Shown here one piece after another: positions 23,362 to 35,398 of a DNA stretch of 64,000 nt. The DNA lies in assembly GCA_965226885.1 (NCBI GenBank), contig CBDDEL010000010.1:288001-352000 (forward strand), written 5' to 3'. Positions within the stretch are counted from its first letter, which is position 1; each line of letters starts with the position of its first letter. Below the pieces are notes generated by a model. It saw nothing but the letters and a program-made list of their open reading frames with translations. It was not told the DNA's origin and ran no database searches. The stretch comes from Opitutales bacterium. Lineage in GTDB: Bacteria; Verrucomicrobiota; Verrucomicrobiia; Opitutales; UBA2987. The translations under genes and the position numbers were made by a program.

Positions 23362-24831
23362 GTGGTAAAAGTAATTAAAAAAGTTGGTAGTGTATAAAAA
23401 AAGAATGTTATTTGGTATTTTTAGCTGTACAAATAGCGTTAGGTAGTTTATTCTTAGTGCATGGTTACTAAAATTATTAATTGTCGGCACTGTGGAAGTG
23501 AAAATATCATTAAATTTGGCAAGACGCCCAACCATAAACAGCGCTACCGCTGCCATGATTGTGGTAAACAAAGCCGCGAAAACCCCACAGTGAAATACAC
23601 CGAAGAGCAAAAAGAAATGATCCTTCGAGTCTATCAGGAACGCAGCAGTCTACGCGGTTTACAGCGCGCCTTCGGGGTGAGTCCCAACACCGTTTTGAGT
23701 TGGTTAAAAAAAACGACAATCGCTGCGACCGCTCAAAAGCACGATTCTTGCGGCCCGCCGCCATGATGTCATTGAACTGGACGAACTGTGGTCTTTTGTG
23801 GGGCGCAAGAGCGATGCCCAATGGGTTTGGATCGCTCTTTGCCGACGCACCCGTCAAATCCTCTCCTATGCCATTGGGCCTCGGGATTGGTATCGTTGCC
23901 GGGAACTTTACGAGCGTCTGCCACGGGCCTACAAAAGATGTGCCACCTACAGCGACTTTTGGAGCACTTATGATGAAGTCTTTCCTCATAACCGATCCGT
24001 GGGAAAAGAAACCGGTGAAACGGCCCATGTGGAACGATGGAACAATACCCTGCGCCAACGACTGGGTCGTTTCACACGCAAAACCCTCTCCTTTTCCAAG
24101 CTTAAGAGTATGCATGAAACCTGTCTGAGACTTTTCATTCATCAATATAATCAAGAATTAGCCACCATTCCTACTTAATACACTACCAAAAAGTTGTTGT
24201 TATAGAGGATCAGACGATCCTGAGGGACTTGATTTGCCGTTTGCTGGAATCCTATCCCACCTTTCAGCTGGCGGGCCGCACCGGGGACGGTTTGGAGGGT
24301 TTTGAACTTTGCCTGAAGCATGAGCCCGATTTGCTCATCCTCGATGTGATGCTTCCCAATTTGAACGGGATGGAGATTTTACACCGTCTGAAAACCCAGA
24401 AACCTCAGACCCGCGTGCTGGTGTTTTCGGCCATCAATAAGAACGAAGTGGTGAGAAAGCTGCTCGAATCCGGGGTGGACGGATTTTTAGAAAAGGATGC
24501 CGGGCTCGATGAAATGGAAAAAGCGGTGCATTGCGTGGCCAATGGGCAGCCTTATTTTGGGCCACGTATTGTGCGAATTATTCGAGAGTTGATGATCAAT
24601 CCGAGGGAGGCAGGCAGTGTTGAATCGCTCACCTCGCGAGAACGGGAAATCATTCAATTGGTGGCGGAAAGCAACAGCACCAAGGATATCGCGGAAAAGC
24701 TTTTCATCAGTGTCCGCACAGCCGATACCCACCGCAGCAATGTGATGAAAAAACTAGGCATTCACGATGTGGCCGGCCTGACCCGTTTTGCCATTGCCCA
24801 CGGTCTCGTGGAGACCGACTGTAGGTTTTGA
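23362..24831 (+). pseudogene. NarL/LuxR-family response regulator interrupted by IS1 at about codon 8
   Basis: Removing the IS and one TSD restores MVKVIKKVVVIEDQTILRDLICR; LDVMLP; LTSREREII HTH. Confidence 0.88.
23386..24187 (+). mobile_element. IS1-family element copy 1 (insA 23461-23766, insB to 24178)
   Basis: TIR GGTAGTGTAT, 8-bp TSD AAAAAGTT, Zn ribbon CRHCGS...YRCHDCG, ELDELWSFV, TAHVERWN. Confidence 0.95.
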
Positions 24832-24931
24832 AAAAAGGGGAGTTTGTTGAATCCTTAATTGATTATTCAACAACATTAATCTCCGCGGTCATGTGCAGGA
24901 TTCGGGTGTATGTAAATGGCTTCTGTTTCTC

Positions 24932-25759
24932 TCACTGAACTTGAACAAAATCGACGCCTTTAATCATCCAGTCTTTTAAAACGGTTTCGTCCCTTATCGA
25001 TCTGAGGGCCATTTTACGGTGAGCCTCATTTATGTCGATAGTGGCCATGACGAGTCTTTCATCAAAATGATTGGCTTCAGCCAGGACAACCCCGTCGGGG
25101 TCGACAATTTTGCTGTTGCCGTGGGATTGCGATTTGGAATTAACATCGTTCAAGTCTCCGGGAGCGTTGGCCATAACGAGGAAAATGGAGTTTTCGGTGG
25201 CCCGGGAAATGGGCATGGCATTGTAGGCTGACAGTTTGTGTTCTTTATAGAAACCCGCTTCGTTGCTGCAAAAATAACAGAGTTGCGTTCCGGCCAAAAC
25301 AGGAAGCCGAACCAGTTCGGGATACCGTATGTCATGGCAGATAATGAAGCTGGATTTCACACCGGCCACCGTATAAACCGGTATGTGGGTTCCCGGCACG
25401 GGCCATTCTTCCGCCAGGTGGGTTTTGGCATACCTTCCCCTGACAACGCCTCCTTTATCAATAACCAGCAAACTGTTGAAGAGCTTGCCTTCATGCCAAT
25501 GAACGGTCCCAAGGATAACGGCTATAGAAAGCTTCCGGGAACACGCAATGACCTCTTCTTCCGCTCGCCGGAAGGCTTCGGGGGCGGCATTTTCCCAATA
25601 TCCCTGATCGACCTGATATCCGCATAGACAGGCCTCCGGAAATGCGATGACATCCACATTTTCCTGTTTTGCCTTATCGATCCAGTGGAGGACTTTAGTG
25701 ACACTTTTTTGAACGTCCGGGTAGGTCAGGATCTGGCAACTGGCTGCTTTAAGTTTCAT
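24932..25759 (-). CDS. Carbon-nitrogen hydrolase (nitrilase superfamily)
   Basis: E-K-C triad: FPEAC, YAKTHL, IICHD. Confidence 0.92.
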   Translation of the reverse strand: MKLKAASCQILTYPDVQKSVTKVLHWIDKAKQENVDVIAFPEACLCGYQVDQGYWENAAPEAFRRAEEEVIACSRKLSIAVILGTVHWHEGKLFNSLLVIDKGGVVRGRYAKTHLAEEWPVPGTHIPVYTVAGVKSSFIICHDIRYPELVRLPVLAGTQLCYFCSNEAGFYKEHKLSAYNAMPISRATENSIFLVMANAPGDLNDVNSKSQSHGNSKIVDPDGVVLAEANHFDERLVMATIDINEAHRKMALRSIRDETVLKDWMIKGVDFVQVQ

Positions 25760-25779
25760 TTTATTTAGTTTTTTTCGAA

Positions 25780-26640
25780 TTAAATCATTTCCGTTAGGAT
25801 ATCGTAAACTTCCGGTCTGCGGGTGCGCAGGGTAAATCCCCTATGGCGGCGCGCCTGGGTCATGATGCCGGGATCCAATTCTCCCGTTATCATGAGGTCA
25901 TCGGTCGATAGTGGCCCCTGAGCGATCAGGTTGCTGAGGGGGTCCACGATTAAAGCGCCACCGTTATGGGTGGAATGTCCGTTGAAGCCCGCCTGGTTGC
26001 AATGGGCGACGAAGACTCCGTTTTCGGCTGCCATCATTCCCCAACGTCCCGGCATGGAATCGCGTTTTTTTTGTAGATTTTCCAATTGTTGCTGTGGCGA
26101 AACTTTGCTTCCCATGCCGCCTTTTCGCCCCGCATGAGGTGTCATAATCAGTTCGGCTCCCTTCAGCGCGAGGATGCGCCAACTTTCGGAGAATGCGACA
26201 TCATAACAGATGAGAGTGCCGACCTTGGCGAACCCGAGATCATAGACATGGAAGCTGCGCCCCATTCGAAAGGTGAAATATTCGTCCCCCGAGGCATGAA
26301 CCTTGCGCTGTATGCCGAGCAACCCTTTCGGTCCAACCAGAGCCTGGGAGTTGTAATAGGTTCCATGGGCCTTCTCACAAAAGCCGTAGGAAACCACCAA
26401 ATCGTGCTTTTTGGCCTGTTCGGAAATGCAAGTGAATACGGGTCCATTGCCCGCTTCCTCGGCAAATTGGACAACCCTTGGATCGCCGTAATGGGCTGTT
26501 GTCGAAATTTCCGGAAACAAGATTAATGCGCAGCCTTGACCGGCAGCCTCTTCAATAAAACGCACGTGGGTATTCAAATTATGCTCCACATCATCCATCA
26601 ACGCATTCATCTGAACGGTTGCCACTTTTATTTTTTCCAT
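25780..26640 (-). CDS. Carbon-nitrogen hydrolase (nitrilase superfamily)
   Basis: FPEIS, QRKVH, LICYD; C-terminal RRPEVY. Confidence 0.92.
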   Translation of the reverse strand: MEKIKVATVQMNALMDDVEHNLNTHVRFIEEAAGQGCALILFPEISTTAHYGDPRVVQFAEEAGNGPVFTCISEQAKKHDLVVSYGFCEKAHGTYYNSQALVGPKGLLGIQRKVHASGDEYFTFRMGRSFHVYDLGFAKVGTLICYDVAFSESWRILALKGAELIMTPHAGRKGGMGSKVSPQQQLENLQKKRDSMPGRWGMMAAENGVFVAHCNQAGFNGHSTHNGGALIVDPLSNLIAQGPLSTDDLMITGELDPGIMTQARRHRGFTLRTRRPEVYDILTEMI

Positions 26641-26674
26641 TTAATCTCTTTCCTCTCAAAACATTGTTGTTACG

Positions 26675-26706
26675 CGACTGTCAGGCTTTCCGACTGTCAG
26701 GCTTTC
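26675..26706. repeat. Perfect tandem duplication, 16 bp x2
   Basis: CGACTGTCAGGCTTTC twice, upstream of the CN-hydrolase genes. Confidence 0.9.
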
Positions 26707-26719
26707 CAATTGATAATTA

Positions 26720-28536
26720 GAGGCTGTCCCAAAAGGGTGATTTTTGCGAGGGCTTTTGATAGGCGCTCATTTTAGAGGTATTTGCATTTGGGAGAGTATC
26801 AACTTTGCTCTCCTATGACGCTAGGATACTGGTTTTGGGGTCCGGTTGCCTGGTTTTCTTTGTATGAGCCGACAGTACGGCTGTGAAAAAGTATTGTCCT
26901 TGCTTTTCCGCTCTCTAGGCCGCCGCTTTGGTTTTTAGTTCGTCTTGCTGGGCCAGCATCTTGGCTACTTTCCATAGGTTGTGCGAGAGTACCGACCAGG
27001 CTACGCTGATCGAGCGGTTGGCAAAGCCTTTGCTGCGCAACCGCCCGGCCTGCCAGCGATTCTTCAATACCCCGATCCGCCCTTCGGTGCTGGCCCGGCG
27101 CTTTTGCAATTGCCTGAACAGTGGTTCCTCCATCCGTTTTTTCAACTGCTTCGGATCGCGTGGACAGAGCGCGTCGTAGATTCCCTCCTGGGCTAACTGC
27201 CGGCGGGCCCGCTGGGAGGCAAATCCCCGGTCCGCGCACATGGCCGCTATGGGTTCTTCCAGGTTGAAGCGGTTCTGTCTTTGCAAACTCTCTTGCATTT
27301 GTTCATTTTCGCTTGGAGTTCGGCTGCCGTAGAGTTTCCAGTCCAGCAGGTACCCTTCAACGCTTTCTCCCAAAAACAGGGTGTTGCCGAACTCGACCTC
27401 TTGGCCCGCTTTACCTCGCACAATCACCTGCCCATCGAGTTCGTAAACACTCAAGACTTTCTCTGCGTTTTTCACCTGGCGGCCGCCAATGATCCGCTCG
27501 TGCGCCTGTTTGATGACCACCGGGATTTGCTCGCTCATGCGCTCCATCCGGGCGAGGATCTGTTGGACCTGTTTTTCGCTGTAATCGCTTTGCTCCCAGC
27601 AGGCTTGCAATAATTCCCGGTGACTGCGGGCATGCTCCCCGATCCGTTTGAGCAGCTTTTTCATCTGCCTCAAGATACCCTTGCGCTGCCGCGCGCTGTC
27701 CTTTCGCCGCCGGCTGTGGGTCATCTGTATGCACAGCCGATTCATCTGCCGAGCCAAGGGCTCCGGTTCGATCGGCATGCGATGGCGCAAACCGGCCTTC
27801 TCGCGGATCAGCCGGATCGCTTTGAGCAACGTGCCGGCTACATCCTTGAGTAATACCCAGTCCGTCGGCCAATGAATGTTAGCCTCCAAACAGGTGCCGT
27901 CGATCAGGCAAATGGTGGGGTCAATCGGCTTGTCCAATCCCACCTGCCGGGCCAGAAGGGCATCGCCCACCACCTCAGTCAAGGTCCGGTGCAAGGCCCT
28001 CAACTGCTCTTCGCTGAAAAACTTCGAGGCCCGCTCCAGGGTGCTTTTGGAGATGCCCCTGATGCCATCGATCTGCCGGACACGGCAAAAGTCGGCCAAC
28101 AGATCGCTGCTGCCCAGAGCCCGCGACAAATGCCGAAACGAAATCCCTCCGAGCAGACGGCCCAGCGTATCCATGCGCAGTGCCTTGATGGCAAAACTGG
28201 CCCGCTGCCGCCGGGCCTTTAGACCCATTGGCGGCCACCCCTCCAAGGCCAGCTCAATGGCCTGCGATTCCACCTCCGAGTCGATCAGCAGCCGATCGAT
28301 TCGATCAATGGTGGCGCGGAAGTTATCGTAATCGAGGCACCGGTCGACCACAGTTAAAGCTGGACGCAGGAGGCATTGGATGGCTATATTTTTCATAGAA
28401 AGGGCTATATTGATTTTCGCTAACTCAATTATAGAACCCTTTTTTGGCCGGATCGAGCAAAAACTTGCTCTTTCCGGCTCTTTTTATCAACGTCATCCAG
28501 TTGACTATAAAATCTTTATATTTTTGGGACAGCCTC
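26720..28536 (-). mobile_element. IS5-like element copy 3 (transposase 26915-28396, 493 aa)
   Basis: 1817 bp, TIRs, TA flanks. Confidence 0.94.
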
Positions 28537-28815
28537 TAGTTAATGTTGAAAAGCCGGATATTAAACCTTTCCGATTATATTGATCAGATGGGTTTAATTG
28601 ACAAGAACCTATCTCATATTGCCGGAAAAATAATGAAGGTCTGCGAATTTATTCAATGTTTCGACCTTGGTTTTTAAACACAGCTATCTTGGCCCGTTAT
28701 TCGAGAATTATTTCAGCCATAATTTTCAAATGTAATCACAGTTTTCCTTGGATGAAATAACAGTAAATTGGAAAGCAGGGCAAAAGGTCCTGTATTTGAC
28801 AAATTAGGATGCGGG

Positions 28816-29844
28816 TCAGGGCAAAATTTTCCAGAAACCGAATTTGTGTCCGAGTTCAAGACAAACTTCGAGTGGGAGGATGCCATTTGAGGCAGTTGAG
28901 TCGAAGAGGCAGCTTGCCGCCGCGCATACTCCGAGTTCGAGACATTGATTCATGGCCCATTCTTGGTGTAGAGCATAAAGGAAACCAGCGGCGAAAGCAT
29001 CGCCCGCTCCGACAGATCCGGCAATTTTTTCCTCGGGTATCCGGACAGAGCCTTGCCGCCATATCCTACCGTCATTTTCCAATCCCATAGCGCCCTCGGG
29101 AAAATGGATGACGACTCGATACTTAGCGCCCATGCTCAAAATGATGCCAAGCGCCTTCTCCACTTCTCCTGGCAGGATGCCCGATTCGGTTTTTAGCTTC
29201 AATCCTGTCAGCCAGGCAGCCTCGAGTTCATTTAAAAAAAGGGTGTCGATATAGGGCAAGGAAGGTTTGACCGTTGCCGCAAAATCATCGCGGGGAAAGC
29301 TGACTAAATCGACCGAAGTTTGCAAACCCGCTTCTTTGGCTCGCCTGAGAACGTTGGCGGCGCCAGTGTTTCCGTCCTGGTTAATATTTTCCAGCGAATC
29401 AAGGAGATTGATGTAGGCCAGGTGAAATATCTTTGCTTTTGTATTATCGAAATTGAAATGATTTTCCGACAGCAGGGCGTTGGTTCCTTTTTGATGAAAG
29501 AAACTCCTTCGAGCTGAAGAATCGACACTCATCACATCCGTGTAGGAAGTGGGCGCTTTGTGTGTTAAAATCAATTGCTTGATATCAATTCCGAGCGCAG
29601 CGCATTCTTCAATGATATACCGGCCGTTTTCATCATCACCGAGCAGACCGATTCCGATGAGAGAAAAATCTGCTCTCATTTTGGCCAGGTCTTTGAGCAA
29701 ATTATAGGGGCCCCCTCCATTGCTCCTTTTTTCGCTTAAAATAACGCCCAGAGCGTCGAGCGGGGGATAGGAGTCGATTGTTTTGACATGATCCACGCAC
29801 CAGTTGCCGCCCGCCATGATCCCGCTTCTATCGTCGTTGCTCAT
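28816..29844 (-). CDS. PfkB-family carbohydrate kinase
   Basis: NGGGPYN, NELEA, GSVGAGDAFAAG. Confidence 0.92.
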   Translation of the reverse strand: MSNDDRSGIMAGGNWCVDHVKTIDSYPPLDALGVILSEKRSNGGGPYNLLKDLAKMRADFSLIGIGLLGDDENGRYIIEECAALGIDIKQLILTHKAPTSYTDVMSVDSSARRSFFHQKGTNALLSENHFNFDNTKAKIFHLAYINLLDSLENINQDGNTGAANVLRRAKEAGLQTSVDLVSFPRDDFAATVKPSLPYIDTLFLNELEAAWLTGLKLKTESGILPGEVEKALGIILSMGAKYRVVIHFPEGAMGLENDGRIWRQGSVRIPEEKIAGSVGAGDAFAAGFLYALHQEWAMNQCLELGVCAAASCLFDSTASNGILPLEVCLELGHKFGFWKILP

Positions 29845-29852
29845 AGTAGTGT

Positions 29853-31231
29853 TTATTCGCTTATCAGATAGACAAGTGGTGGTTCATCTTCCTCAATCTG
29901 AGGGGGTAGTGTATTAAGTAGGAATGGTGGCTAATTCTTGATTATATTGATGAATGAAAAGTCTCAGACAGGTTTCATGCATACTCTTAAGCTTGGAAAA
30001 GGAGAGGGTTTTGCGTGTGAAACGACCCAGTCGTTGGCGCAGGGTATTGTTCCATCGTTCCACATGGGCCGTTTCACCGGTTTCTTTTCCCACGGATCGG
30101 TTATGAGGAAAGACTTCATCATAAGTGCTCCAAAAGTCGCTGTAGGTGGCACATCTTTTGTAGGCCCGTGGCAGACGCTCGTAAAGTTCCCGGCAACGAT
30201 ATCAATCCCGAGGCCCAATGGCATAGGAGAGGATTTGACGGGTGCGTCGGCAAAGAGCGATCCAAACCCATTGGGCATCGCTCTTGCGCCCCACAAAAGA
30301 TCACAGTTCGTCCAGTTCAATGACATCATGGCGGCGGGCCGCAAGAATCGTGCTTTTGAGCGGTCGCAGCGATTGTCGTTTTTTTTAACCAACTCAAAAC
30401 GGTGTTGGGACTCACCCCGAAGGCGCGCTGTAAACCGCGTAGACTGCTGCGTTCCTGATAGACTCGAAGGATCATTTCTTTTTGCTCTTCGGTGTATTTC
30501 ACTGTGGGGTTTTCGCGGCTTTGTTTACCACAATCATGGCAGCGGTAGCGCTGTTTATGGTTGGGCGTCTTGCCAAATTTAATGATATTTTCACTTCCAC
30601 AGTGCCGACAATTAATAATTTTAGTAACCATGCACTAAAAATAAACTGCCTAACGCTATTTGTACAGCTAAAAATACAAAATAACATTCTTTTTTTATAC
30701 ACTACCTCTGAGGGAAACGTCCGATCTTCGGATTGACGAAGAAATTGTCATGGAGGTCGTCATTTTTTGTGGAAACTTCTCCGATGACGCATTCTTCGCT
30801 TTCTGGATAAAATTCATGGTATATACCGGGAACCAGGGTAATGCGTTGACCTGATTGTAATACAACCTTTTCTCCAGACCTAATAATCTTCGTTGTTCCG
30901 TTTATCTTTACGGGGAAGGATTCATTTTCCTCCGATTCATTTGGATGACGCGGCCACACTATAATGGCGAGAACGCCGTTTCGACATATGATGTCTTCTT
31001 TTTTTGTTTATGACAGTGAGCCGGGGTAATCTGGTTTTTTCGCGCGTACATCAACTTTTCACAATATTCCGGTTCATCAGTCAAATTGATCAAAACCAGA
31101 CCATATCGATCGAATTTCCCTAACCCAAGATCGGTGACGTCCCAACGCGCGCCAGGTGGCAGGGTCCACCCGTTTTTTGCAAAGCAGGACTTGGCTTGAA
31201 GGAAAGCTTTGTTAATTTCCGATCGTTTCAT
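29853..31231 (-). pseudogene. D-lyxose/D-mannose-family sugar isomerase; 1-bp frameshift plus IS1 insertion
   Basis: MKRSEIN, YCEKLM, TPAHCH, GEVSTKNDDLHDNFF, IEEDEPP. Frame break in an A7 run near 31000. Confidence 0.9.
29905..30706 (-). mobile_element. IS1-family element copy 2; insB carries two nonsense mutations
   Basis: 802 bp, TSD TCTGAGGG; two TGG->TGA changes relative to copy 1. Confidence 0.95.
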
Positions 31232-31261
31232 TTCATTATCTTAATTAATAAATTTTTAAAA

Positions 31262-32314
31262 TTATTCTTTAATTAAAATGGAATCCGTTATTTGCAAATC
31301 CTGGGCCAGAGGCCGTAACGGTTCCAATTTCCGAAGGTTTAATTCGTTGTGGTATGCTTTCACCGCTTCTTTGGGAGCTATATCGGCGTCTGCAATTTTT
31401 TTGAGAAATTCGATAAAGGTGAGGGGTTCTTCGGAAAGATTGATTTTTCGCCCGAAAAGCGCCGCCCGAGCGCCGTGTTTGCGCGCATTATGAATAAGTT
31501 GAAAAGCATCCATGGTGGTTCCCGAGCTTCCACCCAGAATGCCGACGATTAAGCCGGGGTCGTAAGCCACAAGCTCTTCCAATGACTTTGCGCCGTTGTA
31601 GGGAATTTTCAAAAAGAGGGGGCGGCCAACATCCGTTACCCCGGCCAGGCAACGAACGATGTGGTCATTAAGGAAAGAGCCAATTTCTTGCGAACGGAAG
31701 CCCAGATCGATGTTTGGGTTAAACACTTCCAAAAAGTAGCGAAAATGCTTTTTCTCCGCTTCCAATCGAAAAGCATGAAATTCTTCCAGCGATCGATGAT
31801 CGTGGGCAATGTCGTTATTGAATGTTATTGAATACAGGCCGAGATCCGCTCCCGTTGCCGGTTTTGAATGATCTTTTTCCAACCGCCCGTATTTGATGTG
31901 ATCAATCGTGGCAGTACGAAAGGGGCGGGATGGGTGTTCAATGTAATTTCCGCCGCGCATTATCCAAATGTCGGTGGTGTCGTTGGCCCTCGCGGCTGGA
32001 GTGATGAGCGAATTTTCGAAAAGAGATTCCTTGATGGCGAGCTGCTCCAAACTGGAAGCTGAAAGAAGCACTATATCGACGATATCCTGTCTGATTATGG
32101 CCCTGATTTGATTCCGGATATCTTGCAGCGATTTCCAGGAACTCTCCGCACTTTCTATACCGTTGCGAGGTTTATGAGATGCCGGTCCCGGCGCCGCTAT
32201 TCCGAAGGCCATGTCGGCGTCCTTAGCGTCGGCAATTATAAAATCCTTGGAACCCGAAGGATCGTTTCGAATTCGCTCGATTTTAAGGTCTAATCTATTC
32301 TTTCCACTTTTCAT
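31262..32314 (-). CDS. Uncharacterised class I aldolase-like TIM-barrel protein
   Basis: Start MKSGKNRL; FLEVFNP, PLFLKIPY, GILGG, ALFGRKI; clustered with the isomerase and kinase. Confidence 0.65.
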   Translation of the reverse strand: MKSGKNRLDLKIERIRNDPSGSKDFIIADAKDADMAFGIAAPGPASHKPRNGIESAESSWKSLQDIRNQIRAIIRQDIVDIVLLSASSLEQLAIKESLFENSLITPAARANDTTDIWIMRGGNYIEHPSRPFRTATIDHIKYGRLEKDHSKPATGADLGLYSITFNNDIAHDHRSLEEFHAFRLEAEKKHFRYFLEVFNPNIDLGFRSQEIGSFLNDHIVRCLAGVTDVGRPLFLKIPYNGAKSLEELVAYDPGLIVGILGGSSGTTMDAFQLIHNARKHGARAALFGRKINLSEEPLTFIEFLKKIADADIAPKEAVKAYHNELNLRKLEPLRPLAQDLQITDSILIKE

Positions 32315-32538
32315 TTTACGGTTATACGAGAAAAAATTTGATCGGGGAATAAAAAAATAGTTGAGGCCGGTGTGCACATGGGGGCCGTCAAGCTTGAAAA
32401 CCTCGGGGCAAAGGTGTTGTTCTGGAAAAGAATCTGGACTAATGTAGCTGTCAAAGCTTAAAAGTGATGTGCACTGGAAAAAGTGGACACGAGATTCTCC
32501 TAAATGGAGAATCGAAGCATGGGAAGAAGACGCTTTAG

Positions 32539-34137
32539 CCCGGATATTTCGTAAAAAAAGTATCGTTGATATGCTTAACTGCTGATATACAGCAGCGTTG
32601 ATATGCTTAACTGCTGATATACAGCAGGATAGATCAATAATTAAAGCAATATCAGCGATGACAAAAGGTAAACAATTAAAGCTACAGTTGACAAGGGTAA
32701 AAGGCCGCCGTGTGCGGGTTGATTTCAAGGGCGGAGAGGTTACTTCGGATGCCGGACTGCTTTTGATCCGGGAAGTGGATCGGCAGTTGGGCTTGACCGA
32801 ACGAGCGGCCCGACAGTTAGTGGACAAACGGCAGAAGGGCAAAGTACGCCATGAGGTATTGGGGATGCTGCGGCAGCGCGTTTACGGGCTGGTGGCGGGC
32901 CATGAGGATTTGAACGACTTTGACACCCTGCGCCGCGATCCTTTGTTGCAAACGGTAACGGGGCGCACTGAAGCGTTGGCCAGCGCGCTGACTTTGTGTC
33001 GTTTTGAAAACGGGCAGGATCGGCGGGCAGCCTTTGCCCTGAACGAGTTGCTGGTCGAACAGTTCATCGGATCCTTTGCCGAGGAACCCGAAGAGATCAT
33101 CCTGGACTTTGACGCCACCGACAATCCGGTGCACGGGCTCCAGGAGGGACGTTTTTTCCACGGTTATTATGATCATTACTGTTTTCTGCCGCTATATGTT
33201 TTTTGCGGTGATCAGCTGCTGGTGGCCTACCTGCGGCCGAGCAAGATCGATGCCAGCAAGCATGCCGGGGCCATCCTCAAATTGCTGGTTAAACGGATTC
33301 GCCAAAGCTGGCCCCGTACGCGGATTATTTGGCGCGCCGACAGTGGATTTTGTCGAGACCGGATACTCTCTTGGTGCGACCGCAACGAAGTTAGTTACAT
33401 CGTGGGGATGGCTCGCAATGCACGCTTGCAGCAAGACGCCCAGCAGTTGCAAAAGCAGGCCAAAGAATGGTTCGAACTAAGGGGTAAAAAACAACGGTTA
33501 TTCCAGGACTTCGTCTATGCTGCCGATTCGTGGCGCTGGCTGCGGTTGGTCATCCATAAAGCCGAACACACCGCACAGGGGTCCAACCCGCGCTTCGTGG
33601 TGACGAACCTGCCGGGCGATCCCCAGGAGCTTTACGACAAGGTATACTGTGGCCGCGGTGAAATGGAGAACCGAATCAAGGAACAGATGCAATTGTTCAG
33701 CGAGCGCACCAGCGCCCATCAATGGTGGGCCAATCAGTGGCGATTGCTCTTGTCGGCGCTGGCCTACACCTTGATGGAAGCCATGCGCCGGTTAGCCTTA
33801 AAAGGGACGAAGTGGGCGCGGGCCCAATGCCACACCCTGCGGCTCAAATTAATCAAGATCGGAGCGGTCATCGTGCGCAACACCCGAACGATTCACTTTC
33901 ACCTAAGTGAGAGTTATCCTTGGGCCAGTCTTTTCAACCATGCGGCCCGCCGATTGGTGCCAACCTAAAGGGTGCATTGGTGCTGCCCCCGGCACTACCG
34001 AACCAATGGGGGAAAGGGGGCAGTGTCTCTACACCCTGAAAAACACCTAAAAATCAAGACGATCTGCTCAAAATACAAAGAAATCCATCTCCAATAGCAA
34101 TAACGAGCCAAACTTTACCCTTCATGAAATATCCGGG
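32539..34137 (+). mobile_element. IS1380-family element (transposase to 33968)
   Basis: TIR CCCGGATATTTC, TSD TTAG; LDFDATD, RADSGF, RGEMENRIKE. Confidence 0.95.
32564..32627. repeat. Perfect tandem duplication, 32 bp x2, private to this IS1380 copy
   Basis: CGTTGATATGCTTAACTGCTGATATACAGCAG twice; single in the four other copies. Confidence 0.97.
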
Positions 34138-35398
34138 TTAGTATAGAGTTCAAAAATGAGGCAGTTCAACTGATGATACTCGATGGTCTGAGCGCCACCG
34201 AGGTATCGACCAAACTTGGGGTCAACACCAACCAATTGTATAGGTGGAAGAGGCTCTATCTGGACGATCAGCAGGGCGAAGCCACCTCAAAGCGACAGAG
34301 CAGTCCGAAGGAGATGGCGGCCGAGATAGATCGTCTTCGCAAAGAGCTGCGCCGCTCGGAGCGGATCAACCAGATACTAAAAAAAACGGTGGGCTACTTT
34401 GCCAAGGACGAACAATGAAGTACCAGTTTGTCAAAGACAACGAGGGGCGCTTCAAGATCGAGGAAATATGCTCGGCGATGGGGATTTGTCGCAGTGGCTA
34501 TTACTGCTGGAGGCACCGAGCGCCCTCGGCCCGGCGGATCGAGGACGAGGGAATCAAGGGGGCGATCCTGAAGGTACACAAAGAGGCCAAGGGCCGCTAT
34601 GGGCATCGGCCAATGCACCGCCATCTGAAGGATGATGAGGGCATCGATTGCGGCCGTGACCGGGCTCTGCGTCTGATGCGTGAAATGGGAATCAAAAGCA
34701 CCCAGAGTAAACGCTTTAAGCCATTAAAAACCAACAGTAACCATCCCTATGGTTACAGCCCCAATGTGCTTAAAAAGCATGGCCAGCCGACCCATATCGA
34801 CGAGGTCTGGGTGGCGGACACGACCTACCTACGGACCCTGGCCGGTTGGATGTACTTGGCCACGGTGATGGACCTGTTCAGCCGACGCCTGCTGGGCTGG
34901 AGCGTTTCCAACCACAACGACGCGAAGCTGGTTGGCAAGGCCCTCAAAGCCGCGGCCATGACCCGCGGCACACTGCGCACCGGGATTATTCATCACAGCG
35001 ATCGGGGCAGCCCCTACGCCAGCGACGACTATCAGAGGCTGGTCTCTGAACTAGGCATGAAGCCGAGCATGAGCGCCCAAGGCAACTGCTACGACAACGC
35101 GGCCATGGAATCGTTCTACGGCCGCTTCAAGACCAGCACGATTCGAGGCCGCCACTTTGCCGACGAGCGCGAACTGCGATCAACTGTCTTCGAATACGTG
35201 GAAATCTTCTACAACCGATATCGCAAACATTCCTCTCTGAGTTACCAAAGCCCAGTCCAATTCGAGGAAAATATTTGCCCCCCATGGGGGGCAACGAGAA
35301 AACAAAACCCTTTACCAAAACAAGCCGCCTGACACACTAATCAATAAACAATGAATATAAGAGAATCCCGTGTCCAACAAATCCAGTACACGTCAAAG

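Larger units (their letters stand above)
32465..35395 (+). mobile_element. Composite IS3(a)::IS1380, copy 1
   Basis: Ends TGATGTGCACTGG...CCAGTACACGTCA, TSD AAG. orfA is split at codon 6 by IS1380. orfB (to 35332) has WVADTTY, HHSDRGS, DNAAMES. Confidence 0.94.

Noticed and set aside
30195..30310. Two TGG->TGA changes in IS1 copy 2 as a hint of TGA=Trp recoding
   Set aside because: nusA, hisI and other genes end in TGA at the expected positions, so these are ordinary nonsense mutations.
32315..32842. N-terminal extension of the 526-aa ORF, and similar chimeric ORFs (1132-, 43484-, 60402-62117)
   Set aside because: These read through IS sequence by chance; the real starts lie elsewhere.
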